64,000 nucleotides of DNA from Sphaerodactylus townsendi (lineage: Eukaryota): assembly GCF_021028975.2 (NCBI RefSeq), contig NC_059430.1:72540001-72604000 (forward strand), in the 5' to 3' direction. How positions within the stretch are numbered: the first letter of the stretch is position 1; the number at the start of each line of letters is the position of its first letter. The position numbers were made by a program, and so were the translations under genes. Under the pieces are notes generated by a model. That model had not been told where the DNA came from. It was given only the letters and a program-made list of their open reading frames with translations, and searched no databases. Below are positions 24,526 to 39,389 of the stretch, in pieces.

Positions 24526-25298
24526 TAATGGGTATAACAAATAGTTTAATACAAGACAGATGGTAAAACTTGTTTTTCATCTGAAAATATTTTTTTCAGG
24601 AACTTCCAGTCTAATCTTCTCCATTGTTACTCTGAAGTAAAAATCTATTTTTTTCAATGGAGTTCCTCCCAAGTAATTTTGTATGGGATTGATTTCAGCA
24701 GAATTTGTGTTAACTCCACTGTATACAAAGTTTGCAGCTCAGAGCCGTTTATATTACATACTATTTAATTATACCAAGTAATTGCAAAGGAAGTGTATTT
24801 TATAATTCAAATATTAAAAGAGTAAATTGATGAAAGATTTTTATGTGTGTATGTTAAATCTGGGTTGACATTTTCTCTAGGTTGTTAAATCATACCATCA
24901 AAAAGTATATTCAGCAGTAGCTGACATGGTGTATTCAGTACATTGAAAAAGTCACAAAATAGAATTGTTTAGAATAGCCTGTCTTTGTTTTATTCTGGCT
25001 GAGGACTGGAATCTCTCCAAAACCTTTATTTGCCTATTATTTGTGTATTGGTCTTAAGAAGTACAGCAGGTTTCTTTAAAACATACAGTGTGACCTTTTT
25101 AATGAATTAACTCCCTGCAGAGTGATATATGGCTGGGTATTTAAGTCTGCCAAATATGCGACTGAACTACACTTGAACTTTTATTGAGCTATCAAGTCAT
25201 TGAGAATCAGATTTTTGGGGTCTTTGCAAAGCCTTCATTTCATTAGTCACCTTAGCTAAATCTCCTTGGATATCTTTGAGTGAACTGAACTATGCTAA

Positions 25299-25487
<189 letters not shown>

Positions 25488-26324
25488 TAAACTTATTGGT
25501 TTGCTATATTTTGTACCACTATTGGACTTCAGGTAAGCAAAATATTTTTTTAATTAGAGCACACTGTGTTGTAATGATATATTGATATTGCACTGTCCTT
25601 ATGCAGCATAAAAGTGCTAGACTATCTTCCATTCCACATGTCAGGTACATAGCCTGTTTCCAATTCTACCAGATATCTAGAATGGGTAGCATACACCCAA
25701 AGTGCTACTAATGCATGTTCAAATTGCATAATTGACACCCTGACTGAAAGGGCAGGCAGGTGTGGGTAAAATCCTGTCTGTGAGAGAGGATCTAAGCTAG
25801 TGGCTAGTCAGTAAAAGCCTGTTTGTGCCTCAAAGCACTAAACTAAAATTCAGATCACACTCTGAAGCCATAACCAGCTTTCTCATCTATCTGGAGACCT
25901 GTGCTGCTGATCTGTTCTTTGATACCAACTTGTAAATAAATCAGCCTTCTTTATAATTCCTGCCTCAGTGGTCTTTTAAGTTCTTCTGGTTCATCACAAA
26001 ACTTACTTTATGGCAGAGAACCCAAAGTTTTTATACTTGCTTAAAAACAGCTAAAATGAAGGTTTACAATTATAACAAACTTGGTTCCCCAAAATAATGG
26101 AATGCTGTGTGGGTCCCGTTAGTCGGTAGAAAAGGCCTGTCACGACATCCTATTCAAATGTTATATTGGAGTGTGGATATCTAGAATGCTCAGAACATCA
26201 GGACAGAGTAATAAGCAAGGTGCTTTTTTGCTGCCACTTTGTTTATAGGGAACAGGCAGGCAGAAATTTAATCAGATTTAGACCTTGTGCTTCTTTAAGC
26301 AGCAAAACTAGATCATCATCTCTT

Positions 26325-28815
26325 AGTGCTTGTTTTTTATGCTAAATGACTGTGGCTTAGAACAGATGGTTGTGCAACCAACCAGGGGAGAGGTGATCCT
26401 AGATCTAATTCTAAGTGGCACCCAGGATCTGGTGCAGGAAGTCAGTGTTGTTGAGCCGATAGGGAACAGCGACCACAATGCTGTCAGATTCAGTATCTCT
26501 GCATGCGAACAAGTGACAACTACTAATGTAGTTACATTCGCCTTCAGAAAGGGGAATTTCTCAAAGATGAGGGGGATAGTGTGCAGGAAGCTGAAAGGGA
26601 AAATTAAGAGAGTCAAAACTGTCCAGGATGCTTGGAGGTTATTTAAAAACATAGTAATAACAGCTCAGCTGGAATGTGTTCCGCAGGTTAGGAAAGGCAG
26701 CACCCAGTCCAAAAGAAAGCCACCATGGTTAACAAGATAGGTTGAGGAAATTATCAGAAAAAAGAAAATGTCTTTTAGAAAATGGAAGTCCAGATTGACT
26801 GATGAAGAATATGAGAGGGAACACAAATGGTGGCAAAAGAGAAGCAAGTTAGCTGTAAGGGAGGCAAAAAAGGATTATGAGGAACGCATGGCTGCGAACA
26901 TCAAGATCAGCAACAAACAGTTCTTCAAGTATATCAAAAGTAGGAAGCCAGCTAGGGAAGCGGTAGGCCTGTTAGGTGACACAGGAGCAAAGGGTGTGCT
27001 AAACGATGACAGGGAGATTGCAGAGAAGCTGAATGAATTCTTTGCATCTGTCTTCACCCAAGAGGAAGTTAGGAAAATTCCTGCACCTGAACCATGCTTC
27101 TTGGGAGGCGAATCCGAGGAACTAGTGAAGATAGTGGTAGACAAGGAAGAAGTTCTGGCAGCCATTGATAAACTAAATGCTACCAAATCCCCTGGCCCAG
27201 ATTGCATTCACCCAAGAGTTCTTAAAGAGCTCAAACATGAAATTGCTGATCTTTAATATGCACTTTAATATGCAACTTATCCCTGAAATCAGGCTCTATC
27301 CCTGAAGACTGGAAGATGGCCAACGTCACACCAATTTTTAAGAAAGGATCTAGGGGGCACCCGGGAAATTACAGGCCAGTCAGTTTGACATCTGTTCCTG
27401 GTAAATTAGTAGAATCTATCATTAAAGATAAAATTATAAAACATGTAGAAAAGCAAGACCTGCTGAGAAAGAGTCAGCATGGCTTTTGCAGAGGCAAATC
27501 CTGTCTTACAAACTTACTAGAGTTCTGTGAGGGTGTAAACAGGCATGTGGATAAGGGGGAACCAGTGGACATTGTCTACTTGGATTTCCAAAAGGCTTTT
27601 GACAAAGTTCCTCACCAGAGACTGTTGAGAAAACTCAGCAATGAAGGAATAAGAGGGGAAGTCCTCCTATGGATTAAAAACTGGTTAAGAAACAGGAAAC
27701 AAAGAGTGGGTGTAAATGGGAAGTTCTCACAATGGAGAGATGTCGGGAGTGGTGTCCCCCAGGGATCCGTTTTGGGACCAGTGCTCTTTAACCTATTCAT
27801 AAATGACCTGGAAGTAGGGGTGGGTAGCGTGGTGGCCAAGTTTGCAGATGATACCAAATTATGTAGGGTGGTGAGAATCACAAAGGATTGCGAAGAGCTC
27901 CAAGCGGACCTTGATAAATTAGGTGAGTGGGCTAAGAAATGGCAAATGCAGTTCAATGTAGCAAAATGCAAAGTGATGCACATAGGGGCAAAAAAATCCA
28001 GACTTCACATACAAGCTACAAGGGTCAGAGCTATCAGTCACAGACCAGGAAAGGGATTTGGGCGTCTTAGTTGATAGTTCCATGGGAATGTCAACTCAAT
28101 GCATGGCAGCTGTGAAAAAGGCAAACTCTATGCTGGGGATCATTAGAAAAGGAATTGATAATAAAACTGCAAAGATTGTCATGCCCTTATACAAAGCAGT
28201 GGTGCGACAGCACTTGGAGTACTGTGTCCAGTTCTGGTTGCCGCATCTCAAAAAGGATGATTGAGGGACTGGAGCACCTTCCCTATGAGGAGAGGTTGCA
28301 GCGTTTGGGACTCTTTAGTTTGGAGAGGAGACGTCTGAGGGGGGATATGATTGAAGTCTATAAAATTATGCATGGGGTAGAAAATGTTGACAGAGATAAA
28401 TTTTTCTCTCTTTCTCACAATACTAGAACCAGGGGGCATTCATTGAAAATGCTGGGGAGGAGAATTAGGACTAATAAAAGGAAACACTTCTTCACGCAAT
28501 GTGTGATTGGTGTTTGGAATATTCTGCCACAGGAGGTGGTGATGGCCACTAACCTGGATAGCTTTAAAAGGGGCTTGGACAGATTTATGGAGGAGAAGTC
28601 GATTTATGGCTACCAATCTTGATCCTCTTTGATCTGAGATTGCAAATGCCTTAACAGACCAGGTGATCGGGAGCAACAGCCACAGAAGGCCATTGCTTTC
28701 ACATCCTGCATGTGAGCTCCCAAGGGCACCTGGTGGGCACTGCGAGTAGCAGAGAGCTGGACTAGATGGACTCTGGTCTGATCCAGCTGGCTTGTTCTTA
28801 TGTTCTTATGTTCTT
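26325..28815 (+). mobile_element. 5'-truncated CR1 LINE, about 2.5 kb (end of endonuclease, RT, 3' UTR)
   Basis: SDHNAV, KSPGPD, NYRPVSLTS, YLDFQKAFDKV, GVPQGSVLGP, KFADDTK; few disabling mutations; (TTCTTATG)n tail. Confidence 0.96.
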
Positions 28816-29394
28816 TTAAGATATCTCCAGAGACAACCTAACCTAATATTAATAGAAGAACTGACAAGAGAGCGTTGATTAGGTTACCAACCTGAGAATA
28901 GGTCATTATACAGTGTTATTTTAAATGGAGCACAGATAGTGGACATCACTAATTCTGTTATGAAATCATGATCTCGGTCATTAGTACTTGCTACATTCTT
29001 AATTGCTTAAGAAGTCACAGTATATGCAATAAATCAAGGTATCTGAAGTGGCTTTGTTGTAAGCATATTCTGCTATGCTTTGTAGTAATGGTCATGTTAA
29101 GCATAGCAGACAACAGCTGATTCTGGAAAATGGGAGTTGATTTTTGTTTAGGCCTTGCTCCACTGAAACCAAAATTCCTTCTTTAGAAGGCACAAGAAGT
29201 ATCTTGCTTAGCTCCTGCTCTGATTCTTTGCCCACAAACACACTTTGAAAACAATAGTGCCCTTTTCAGTTCCAGCTTCTGCATCCCCCTTTTCCTTTGT
29301 GTACCCATCCAAGGTGGGTAGAAACTCTTCTTCTGAATTGGTTATTGTGATATAATTTGATCAGTAACTTTGTTATTGGTGGTGGGGGAACTAT

Positions 29395-29585
29395 TGTCAG
29401 GTCACAACCAACTTATGGTGACCCTGTTAGGTCAAGGCAGGGGATGAACAGAGATGGGTTGCCATTGATTACCTCTGTGTAGCAACCCTGGACTTCCCTG
29501 GTAAGGAACCATCCAAGTTCTAATTGGAGCTGAATCTGCTTAGCTTCCAAGATCTGAAGAAACTGGGCTAGCCTGGGGCATCCAG
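29395..29585 (-). mobile_element. 5S rRNA-derived SINE
   Basis: Reverse complement cagatcttggaagctaagcag...ttagaacttggatgg carries 5S A-box and C-box-like motifs, plus the shared tail. Confidence 0.7.
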
Positions 29586-31514
29586 ATCTAGGGGAGGAAA
29601 TCTTCCTAAGCTGGTGGTTGTGATTCAGTTTCATCAGTTCATTCAGCTTTGTTAGCACATAACATAAATGATCATGGTTCTCTAAATAGTGATATTTGTC
29701 ATAAGTATAATCATGCTATGTTTATGTGAACAAAGACAAACAATGCCAGGTAATTCTGTAAAGGAGCACATGCCCTTCTATTGCTATACACTTTTTATTT
29801 ACAGTCCACTTGGTCAAGAGTTTCTGTCTGGTGGTAGCAGCTGTTGGTTATGATGAATAATACAATCATCTGAGCCCTGTAAACAGGACATATTGGTGTA
29901 CACAGCCAACATACATAGAGTCAGGATCACTCATTGTTCCCCCTCACAGGGACAGATTGTATGTACACACAGTTTGTAGGAGCTGGTGTAGAGCTGGTGT
30001 AGGTGCACTGGAAAGAATGTGGCTGATGAGCTTAGATGGGGGTGAAGATAGTACTAGCATTTTCTCTGGACAGTTGTTTTCCAGCGCTATTTAAGTGGTA
30101 CTATCATCAGTCCACTTGGCTTTGTGCCCTATGGTAGTACAATTCTTCTGTCTTCTCAGTGGCCTTTCCCACTCAGCAGAAATATAACATCTTGAGGACA
30201 TTATAAAAAGCATTTTTGGGGAAGAAGTTCACACAGCTTTCTCCCCAAAAATGTCTTTAGAACGTTTTATTTCTTTCAACACAGGAATTGTTTTTCAAAA
30301 ATTGCTAAACTAGTGATCTTTTTTTCCCCTGAAGATGGGTTGAAGACATCTCCTGGTTGGCTTTGCAAACAAAAGCAGCCAAAAGATGTTTTATTTCTCT
30401 GCTCCTTCCTCCTCTCCCCAGCACTTACTTTTATTTTCAGTTGCACCTGTAATTTTGTGTGCTGCTGCAGAGATTCTCCTGCCTTTGACATTAGGTGAAG
30501 GTTTTCCACAGAGGTTTTCTCTGCTTGCAGGTCATCTGCGCACGGTTTCACTGTAAAAAATACAAGAATAAAGTTGTTTTGAAGAGAAAGAAGAGTTGGA
30601 TTTATATCCCCCCTTTCTCTCCTATAGGAGACTCAATATTAATTTCATTTTTTTCTTTTAGAGTTGGTAAATGAAGTCTACTTGTGCATTCCTGAAACTG
30701 TTATAAATCACTTTGCTACAATAATCTAAGAACATACTTGGTATCTCCATATGGTATACACAACAAACACCAGCAAATGTAGCAGTCCCTTTGCTGTGCC
30801 ATAATTTATAAATATCAGAAGAGATGTAAGATATGTTTCCCTTTTCCTTGAATCTCACAAAAATGAAAAGCAGTATTCATTTTTTTGCTTTACTGCTTGC
30901 TCTCAGAATTGGATAGACTTATCATGTCTGCTCAATTCTCTTTTTAATTATTCTTCTATAAATATTACTCCCTGTATACTAAAAACATGATTGTGTTGGT
31001 TAAACATGAGCCTGCTGTATTTGTATTTTTACAAAATTATATGTAATCATGTAAGAGATGTGAGTACTTAAAACAGGAACTATATAATTCAGCGTGAGAA
31101 GGTTTAGACCATTTGTGAAAATGGTGTATGAATAGTAAATCCATCAATTGTCCTATTAGGAAATGATTACACAAAATAATGAAAGAGCTTTCAGTATCGC
31201 TGTCCTGAGGTCATTTAAAGGAGAGAAGACAAAGGACTGTCATGACCCAATATGTTTCAGGTTCAAACTAAATGTGATGTAGGAGATTCAATTTTTGGAT
31301 CCGCCAACCTTTTTTTCTTTTAAGCTGTAAAGAAGTGCAAGATTTGATAGGAGCAGCAGAGCTGGGTATTTAACTCTTGTATGCAGTCCTCTTTGCAGAT
31401 CACAGAGTGTTCAGGTTGGACTGGAATCTTCACTGTATGTTCTTTGTGGCTTTCAGATGTGAGTTGTGGGTTCTCTTCAGCTCCCGCATGTATGGTGCCT
31501 GTGGGTTTCCCCAT

Positions 31515-31725
31515 GGGCCATATTGTGTTGTAATGATTATAGTGCTGGACTAAGATGTCCAAGGTTTAAATCTTAAGCTGCCATGACCCTCATTGGGCCA
31601 CCTTGGGCCAGTCATTCTCTACTCAGCCTAACCTACCACACAGGACTGTTGTGAGGATAGAGTGGTGAAGAAGAACTATATATATGACCCTGAATTCCTA
31701 AAAAGAAGAGGGAGATAAAAGTGTG
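31515..31725 (+). mobile_element. Old tRNA-derived SINE
   Basis: Degenerate A/B boxes; ccttgggccagtca..ctcagcctaacctac..gttgtgagga body. Confidence 0.6.
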
Positions 31726-33307
31726 ATGGAAAGATACAAGCTGCTATAGTTCTGCAGAAAGGAAAAATGAGCCAGAGCTGCTTGGGGGGAATTCATACAA
31801 CTGGGGGGAAAGTATTGAGAGAAAGGTTAAATGCCCCAGTGTTACCACTCTGATCACATTTGGAGTATCCTGCATTTCTGTTAAAGTAAATAAAAACATC
31901 AACTGATCTAATCATGGAGATCCTGAATCACATTTAATTTGTTCTATCATGAAGCTCTATAATTCCTTTTCATCCTGGGACTGATCAAAGATATTGTTAA
32001 GGAAAACGAAACCTTGGATTTGACAAGCTTTTCCACTTTACTAGTGAAAAAGGAAGAAAACAGTCGCCTTTCACCACAATTTTGGGACTTGTGTGCAGAA
32101 AAGTGCACATGTAGAGTGACTGGACTAAGGAGGGAGACCATGAAAAAGCTGTTTGGATCCATTCTAAAAGCTTTACCTTGCTTTTCTAGTGTGCAGTTTT
32201 CTGCAATTTAGTTCTTTCCAATAGCTTGTTTCCAGTGACTTTTAAAGCATACAGTGAATCTCTTTTCCCAAACGTATTTGGACCATCCTGAGCTGAAGAT
32301 AGGAATGATTATTTACTGGCAACTTGTTCAGAAAATCTGGTCCTCACAGGCCACAGAGAGTACCAGGGGTTCAACTGACCTGCTACCAGTCTGAATTGTA
32401 GAGATGGAGGAAGGGAATCACAGGCTGTGCATAAGTGGCATAGTCCACATGCAAGGAAGGGAGAGTAGGAAACACTAACTTTGATTGCAGCTGGGGTTTT
32501 TTTTACAACAATTCCTGCATTTCCTGTTTAGCACAAAGGTAACCTATGAGAAGCCTGGAGAAGCTCATGAAAATTTATAAACAAAAATGCATTTATGGGA
32601 ATTTTGAGATTTTGAGAAAAACAGCTAGGTTTTGAAAAATGAATGTGGTTCATTATCAGGAAATTGAGACCAAACAGGCTTTCTTTTTTAAAAAAGCTAA
32701 TTAGTAGACCCATGTGGATACTCTGAAGATCATGGAATGATTGGCAGTGAAGGTAGTGTTTAACCCTTTCCCCCCATGCCTCTTTAATAATTTAAATATT
32801 TCACTCTGAAAGAAAAAGACAAATAAAACTGATGTTTTTCCAACCTATTAAGCAAACAACAGCTATTTAAATTATTACAGATGTATGGAAAGAAAGGGTT
32901 AAATTCTCACTCTTTTAACAGCCTCTTCCTAATCTTTATACCAATTGTGAGGTGCTAATTAGCTTTTAATTAACTGCAAGATATTCTAGTCACTGATCTC
33001 TGGTGTCATATCCAGTTTAAATATTAGTTAACTGATATTTTTCTTTCATCTTGGAAAATGCTTTCTTCTGTCACCTTGTTTACATCTGTTCACTCTTTTG
33101 TTATACAGGACTTACAGTATGTAATGGATTTGGACAGGTTTTGCAGCAAAGGGAGGGTTTTGGGTTTGGGTTTTTTTTTCATATGTCTGGCATGGTCTTT
33201 CTCTTGGGAGACAAGGAAGGAATAAGAATGTTCACGCAGCTCTAGCAATTAAACAAACTGTTGAGATCATTTGTAAGGTGGTAACGAAAGAAAAATGTGA
33301 CTCAGTA

Positions 33308-33515
33308 GAGCCAGCGTGGTGTAGTGGTTGAGAGCTGGTGGATTCTAATCTGGAGAACTGGGTTTGATTCACACACCTGAGTGCCAAAGGCTTATCTGGT
33401 GAACTAGATGTGTTTCTGCACTCCTACATTCCTGCTGGGTGACCTTGGGCTAGTCACAGTTCTTCAGAACTCTCTCAGCCCCACCTACCTCACAAGGTGT
33501 CTGTTGTGGGAAGAG
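33308..33515 (+). mobile_element. tRNA-derived SINE, 3' truncated
   Basis: gagccagcgtggtgtagtggtt A-box and gggtttgattc B-box; body shared with 39390 and 59252. Confidence 0.8.
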
Positions 33516-34063
33516 CAGAAATGTATCAAGGGAAAATGATGTCCAGGCACAACACCTCCTCTGGGCATTCCCATGCCCCCGCCCCCCTTCTGCTCAGGGG
33601 CGGGACATGTGGGAAGGGGGTGGGGAGTGGGGCTTGGACCAAGCCTTGCCCCTGCCTCTCTGTAGGCTGGCTCCTGCCTTCCCAGGGCCAGGGGAGGGCA
33701 AAAGTCAGCCGTGGGAGGGGCTTGGTGGTGGCGGGTGGTGGGGCTTGGGTGGGGCTTGGTGGTGGCGGGTGGCCCAGGCAGACTTCCCCATGTGACCAAA
33801 AGGCATGCGCCTGGGGACATGGGTGACCCCATGTTCCTATAGGTCATAGGCCTCTGGGGGAAAGGAGCTTGTAAACCTTACCTTGAGTCTCCTTCCAGGA
33901 GAAAGTAATACAGAGTGAAGTCTATTAGCAGAAATACAATAGATATTGCCACCAAAGAGGATGGTGATGATAGTTCTGTGTTTCCAAATCGCTGATTTAT
34001 ACCAAACAAGTTGTTGGCTCACTAGCATGGGGAATGGTTTAATTTCTTGCTTGCTATCTGGTG

Positions 34064-34253
34064 CAGAGGTGGGATCCAACCAGTTCTCACCACTTCTCTA
34101 GAAGTGGTTACTAATTTTTTCTGAGTGCCGAGAAGGGGTTACTAAAGCAACCTCCCTGCCCAATAGGGACTGGAGGTGCGTGTGCGGCGGCACCACTGTT
34201 TGAATCCCACCACCATCGGAACCTGTTATTAAAATTTTTGGATCCCACCACTG
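34064..34253. mobile_element. hAT MITE, 190 bp
   Basis: TIR CAG(A/T)GGTGGGATCCAA; perfect TSD atctggtg; near-identical copy at 62222-62410. Confidence 0.93.
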
Positions 34254-34495
34254 ATCTGGTGTCATTCCTGTTTAAGAAAGCAGGAAATATTTCTTTGCAA
34301 ATGCTTGACTACTGGCAGATAGCACAACAGGTTGTGGGAGGAAGTAGGGTGAATGCTGTACCTGCCTCCCCTCCAATTACAGAAAGGGCTGCTGCTAGGG
34401 TGGAAAAATTGGAGCAGACTGGCAATATAGACAGGCAGAAATTCAGATATGGAAGCAAATCCTACATGTATTTCCACCTGTGATATGCCAGGGAG

Positions 34496-35699
34496 CAGAG
34501 GTGTTCCTCCCATTGGGCAAAGTGATTAGCTGCCCAGGGCGCCACCTTGTGGTGGACGACAAAATTGCAGGTTTGTTTGTGGGGGATTTTGGATTTTCAG
34601 TGTTTTTTCTGTTTTTGGCCTGCAGGGGGTGCAGATTTTAGGCTAGCAGCACTAAAATTTCAGGAATTTTTTGGGATACTCTCCTGATGCTATCACCCAG
34701 GTTTTGTGAGGTTTGGTTTAGGGAGTCCAAAGTTATGGGAGTGCCTCCATCCCCCATTGTTTCCAGTGGGAGCTAATAGGAGATGGGGGCTACACCTTTG
34801 AGGATCCATAACTTTGGACTCCCTGAACCAAACTTCACCAAATCTGGGTGGTATCATCAGTAGGGTATCATGAAGACACTCTGAAATTTTGGTGCTGCTA
34901 TCTTAATAATTGCACCCCTGACAACAGGCACCCCCTAAATTTCCCCAGATACTCTTTTTTAAATCCACTCCTTTCCTGCCAATGCTTGTTTTCTTTCTTT
35001 CTTTTATTCTCTCAATGCCTAATAAAGGTGGTGGTGGTGGTGGTGGTTGTTGTTATTATTATTATTGTTATTATTGTTGTTATTGTTATTATTAAATCCA
35101 CCCCCTTCGGCATGGATTTAAAGGGAGAATCTGAGGTCCCCAGTTTTAACATTGAAAGGAATGCTGTTTCAGGGTGGGGGAGAATCCACCCCAAAATAGC
35201 ATCACTTTCAATGTTGTTTAAACTGGGGACCCCAGATTATCCCTTTAAAGTGGATTTAAAAGGATAATCCGGGCTCCCTAGTTTAAACACCATTGAAAAT
35301 GATGCTGTTTGGGGCTGGATTCCAGCATCACTTGTTTAAACTAGGGAGCCCAGATTCTCCTTTTAAATCCACCTTAAAGGGAGAATCTGGGGTCCCCAGT
35401 TTAAATAACATTTAAAGTGATTCTGCTTCCCTCAATTGGGGGGACTGGATACAACACCATAAAATGTTTTCATAGCAGTAATAAAACATTTTGAAGTTAT
35501 TTTGAAAATGTTTTCCAAAAATTATTTCTGCTGTGTGGCATGGCCCATTGCTGTGTTCAGATTTGGGAGTTGGGGGATGTTCTATAATGTGATGGTGACT
35601 TTGAAATGACCTGGTGGAAAAAAACCATTGTTTGGTCACGGTGGGGGACATCAAACTCAGATTTTGCCCAGAGCTCTAGTTTGCCTAGGTATGCCTCTG
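34496..35699. mobile_element. Non-autonomous hAT-like element, about 1.2 kb, with internal palindromic subrepeats and a (GGT)n/(TAT)n tract
   Basis: CAGAGG...CCTCTG ends; TSD ccagggag / ccaggcag (1 mismatch). Confidence 0.75.
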
Positions 35700-37319
35700 C
35701 CAGGCAGTGTCTCTATACCATCCTAATGCGTGAGCCGTGCAATTAGTAACATATGAGAAAGACAGAGTCTTAGAGACTCTGATGAGACACAGGAGATCAA
35801 AGATGGTGATCTGAGATATCTGCAATGTTCATTAAAAGCAACTGTGAGAACACCTGATTTTTGGGGTGTGTGTGAACCTTTCTACTCTGAGCTGTAACTG
35901 TTTCCCAAAGAAAATCTTTTCCTAGCTGTTTTTATCCACAATTGGGACAAAAGGTAGGAAGCTTGTTTTGGTGAATTAAATTCAAACCTTAATTAACTGT
36001 TTCATAGTTTAATTAAGCTAAATTAAATTGGACATGATGGGGTAGATCCCTTTGATATGAGCCTGGTTCACATGTAAAGAAGGTGTATTACATTGAAAGA
36101 AATAGAAACCAAAATGGTTACAATAAAGAAAATGAACACATAACAAATGTAAACGTAAAAGATGCAAAAAGAGTGAAAATAAAAGAATTTTTTTTAGTAT
36201 ACACAACATTGAGGAATTTATTCATACTCTCTATGGCAATACAAATTGGTAATAGAGCTATGGCTCTGCAGACTATTCCTTCTGTACACAATAGTGTATC
36301 TAGGGGAGCAGAGGGGGCATAAGACCCAGGAACCAATTTCAAGAGTCATTCAGCCAGTCCCCCTTGCCCTCCTCTCAGGAGCAAGCAGGGCCTGGAAAGA
36401 CAGCAGCAGCAGCAGCAGGGGGCCCTCTTGTTTTGCCCCAGCAGCAACCTGCCCAGTCACTCTCCAGACTATTATTGCTTCTTGGTTATTCCAAGAAATT
36501 GCACATATAGAAAGCATGGAGATTATATTTGTGATGGAGTGTCTATGGGATGAGAAGGGTCAATGTAAAAGACACATATAGAAGTGATTATAATGATTTC
36601 TTTGGCCATTTTTTATAATTTGTGAATGAAAGCATATTGTTCTAAACGAATAAGCAGTTTGCTTCACTGGAATGGAATATTTTGTATTTTGATACAGTTC
36701 TTGGCACATGTTCTTATTTATCCAATTAGTCTTTGCGAAGTACAGGGAGACTTGCAGGACAGGGAAATCCCTTTCTGCCTGTGCTCCTTGTTACTTCCCT
36801 CTTGCTGTGGTTCCACTTGGCTGTCATCCATCCTCTCTTGTGAACTCTCTGCCTCACCCACCACCAAATTGCTTGTTCTTTCCATATTCTCATTGTCCAT
36901 ATGAGTGGTATATATTCTCACATTCCCCCACTCTCCCCCTGTTCCCCTCCCAAACTAATCTCCTGCTGTTTTTGTCACCCATTTTGAGTTACTCTGCCAA
37001 TGCAAAACACCCAAGTGTCTGTTTACATTGCTGATGCTGTTATGGAGTTTATTTCAGTCCCCATGCTTAAAATTCATATTTTTCTGCAAGCCTGGGGCTT
37101 GCTGGTTATACAGTATAGTGCTTAAAATATGTTGTTATATGGGTTCTTTTAAAATTTTTCGAATATGATTAAATCTGACATCAGTTTTGAAGTCAGAACA
37201 TCATAGCAATACAGCAATTGTATTTGAACACACATTGCCGTAGTATGCAAGAAACCCAGAAGAATTCACTAGGTAATATTTCCATTCTTGAGTTCTCCTC
37301 TTTCTTCAGCTTTTGAAAA

Positions 37320-37420
37320 TATATGAAAAAGGTCTAACTGGATTAATTACTGTACCACAATTACTGTACCACAAATATGTGAAAAAGATCTACCTGGATT
37401 AATTACTGTACCACAATTAT
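37320..37420. repeat. Local tandem duplication (gaaaaag.tcta.ctggattaattactgtaccacaa x2)
   Basis: Direct observation. Confidence 0.85.
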
Positions 37421-38690
37421 GCACTTGTCTTGAATGTAGCAGTTCTTTTTCATTAAAAGAAAATGACATACCACTTTCACTACTGAGTTCATCCTATATT
37501 ATGGTAAATCACATGATTATTTTATACAAAATACCCCAAATTTCCCTAAAGGAACATCAAAACCAGTAAATGGGGGAGGAACAATTAAAGCATAGCTAAA
37601 GGGTGGAACTTTCCCACTATTATATGCTCATTTTTTATAGAATGATAATCTAATCCTGTGACATTGGTAGTATTTAAGGAGGTATGGCAATAATTATTCA
37701 GGAGCATGACAGCAATCTAAGTAATTTGAGGTGCAGTCCTAAGATCATTTTCATAGGAGTAAGCCCTGTGGAATAAAATTGTCCCAACCAAAATATATTT
37801 GGGAACATTGCAAAGAAAAAAACAGCACTCTGTTGAAGAGATCTGTGATATGTAAAATGGTGCTGAACAGCCATTCACTCCAGTCAGAGTGTAATATCTT
37901 CTACCAACTCACAAGGACAGGTTCCATGAGGATGCTGACTAGTCCTTAGAGTCTGAGAGTTCAATGCTAATTTGGCGCATGGCAGACCAAAACCTAAGAA
38001 AAGCCACATGCAAGAAATGTAGGGCTTACACAGATGTTTAGCATCAGAAACAAGTACAAATAGTGTTGTGACACTAAGACAAAACAGCACCTTCATAAGA
38101 AATGTAACATCTAGGAAACAGAGAAATTCAGTAAGTCTGATAAACTCCGATGCCTGTGACAGAAACCTCAGATTGTTTATAGTTTACTCCTGCCTGACTT
38201 CCATCTATTGAAATATCTCTTAATTCCATCTTTATGCTTTAATATGTTGAACTTGCTTCAATTCTCTAGTACCTTGAAAAAGGGGGAATTTATTTTTAAT
38301 AAAAAGACTCTCTTCACCTTCCTGGAATTCCTTGGGCAGAGCAGATATGCTACCAATCCTCACACGCTACCTGAAAGGCATCTCCGTCTCAATAAAGGTG
38401 GGAAAACCTGCATCCACACTGGAAGAAGGGTGCTGGGGTACCACAACAGCAAATAATAAATGAGAATGTTTGAAAAAAATCTGTATCCATGGGAGAATTA
38501 ACTCACAGCTATTGTTATTGTTGAATTTTACAAGTTGGCAAAGGTAGTGATTTCAGTCACGGAATTCTGCCAGTCTGATTCAAAGTCTTTGTATAAAGCA
38601 TTATAAGAGGATATATACTAAAACAAATACCATCTATAATGGATGAAACTGTTAAGCATTCATCAAAAATAAAGTAAAAAATTAATTTAG

Positions 38691-39011
<321 letters not shown>

Positions 39012-39389
39012 TAACCACAGATTGCTGTTATGGAATAGTCCATGCAAGTTCTAACACGTGACATTTCTCTTAATTTACAGCTGAGATTAGTGTCTTTGCC
39101 CTTTAGGATTTTTGTTTCGTTTTGTTTATAAGGTGTTGTTTTATTAGAAAAGTACTGTACAGATTTTTTAAAAGAATGAACTAAGTTAATGATGATGTGG
39201 TTATTTGACAGAAATTCTGTCAAGTAAAGTCCGCCTTAATTTATAAATCATATAATTTTCCTGCAAGATTTTGTCATTAAAAGTAAACACCTTCTCACTT
39301 TCACTACTGAATTTGTCCAGTATTATGGTAAATTCTACATTGCCATCTACAATGTAAAATGATCAAGATATCTCAGAGGGAACATCAAT

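Noticed and set aside
25570-25997. Possible old solo LTR (tgtaatga ... tcatcaca with aataaa)
   Set aside because: No TSD; similarity too weak to support
33308-33380. tRNA gene
   Set aside because: A/B boxes are present but there is no complete cloverleaf, and it runs into a repeated SINE body
34848-35267. 139-aa ORF with a poly-Val/Ile 'transmembrane' stretch
   Set aside because: Translation of a (GGT)n/(TAT)n microsatellite inside a transposon
38132-38175. Hammerhead-like ctgataa...gaaa..tc motif
   Set aside because: Core deviates from CUGANGA and stems I and II do not pair convincingly
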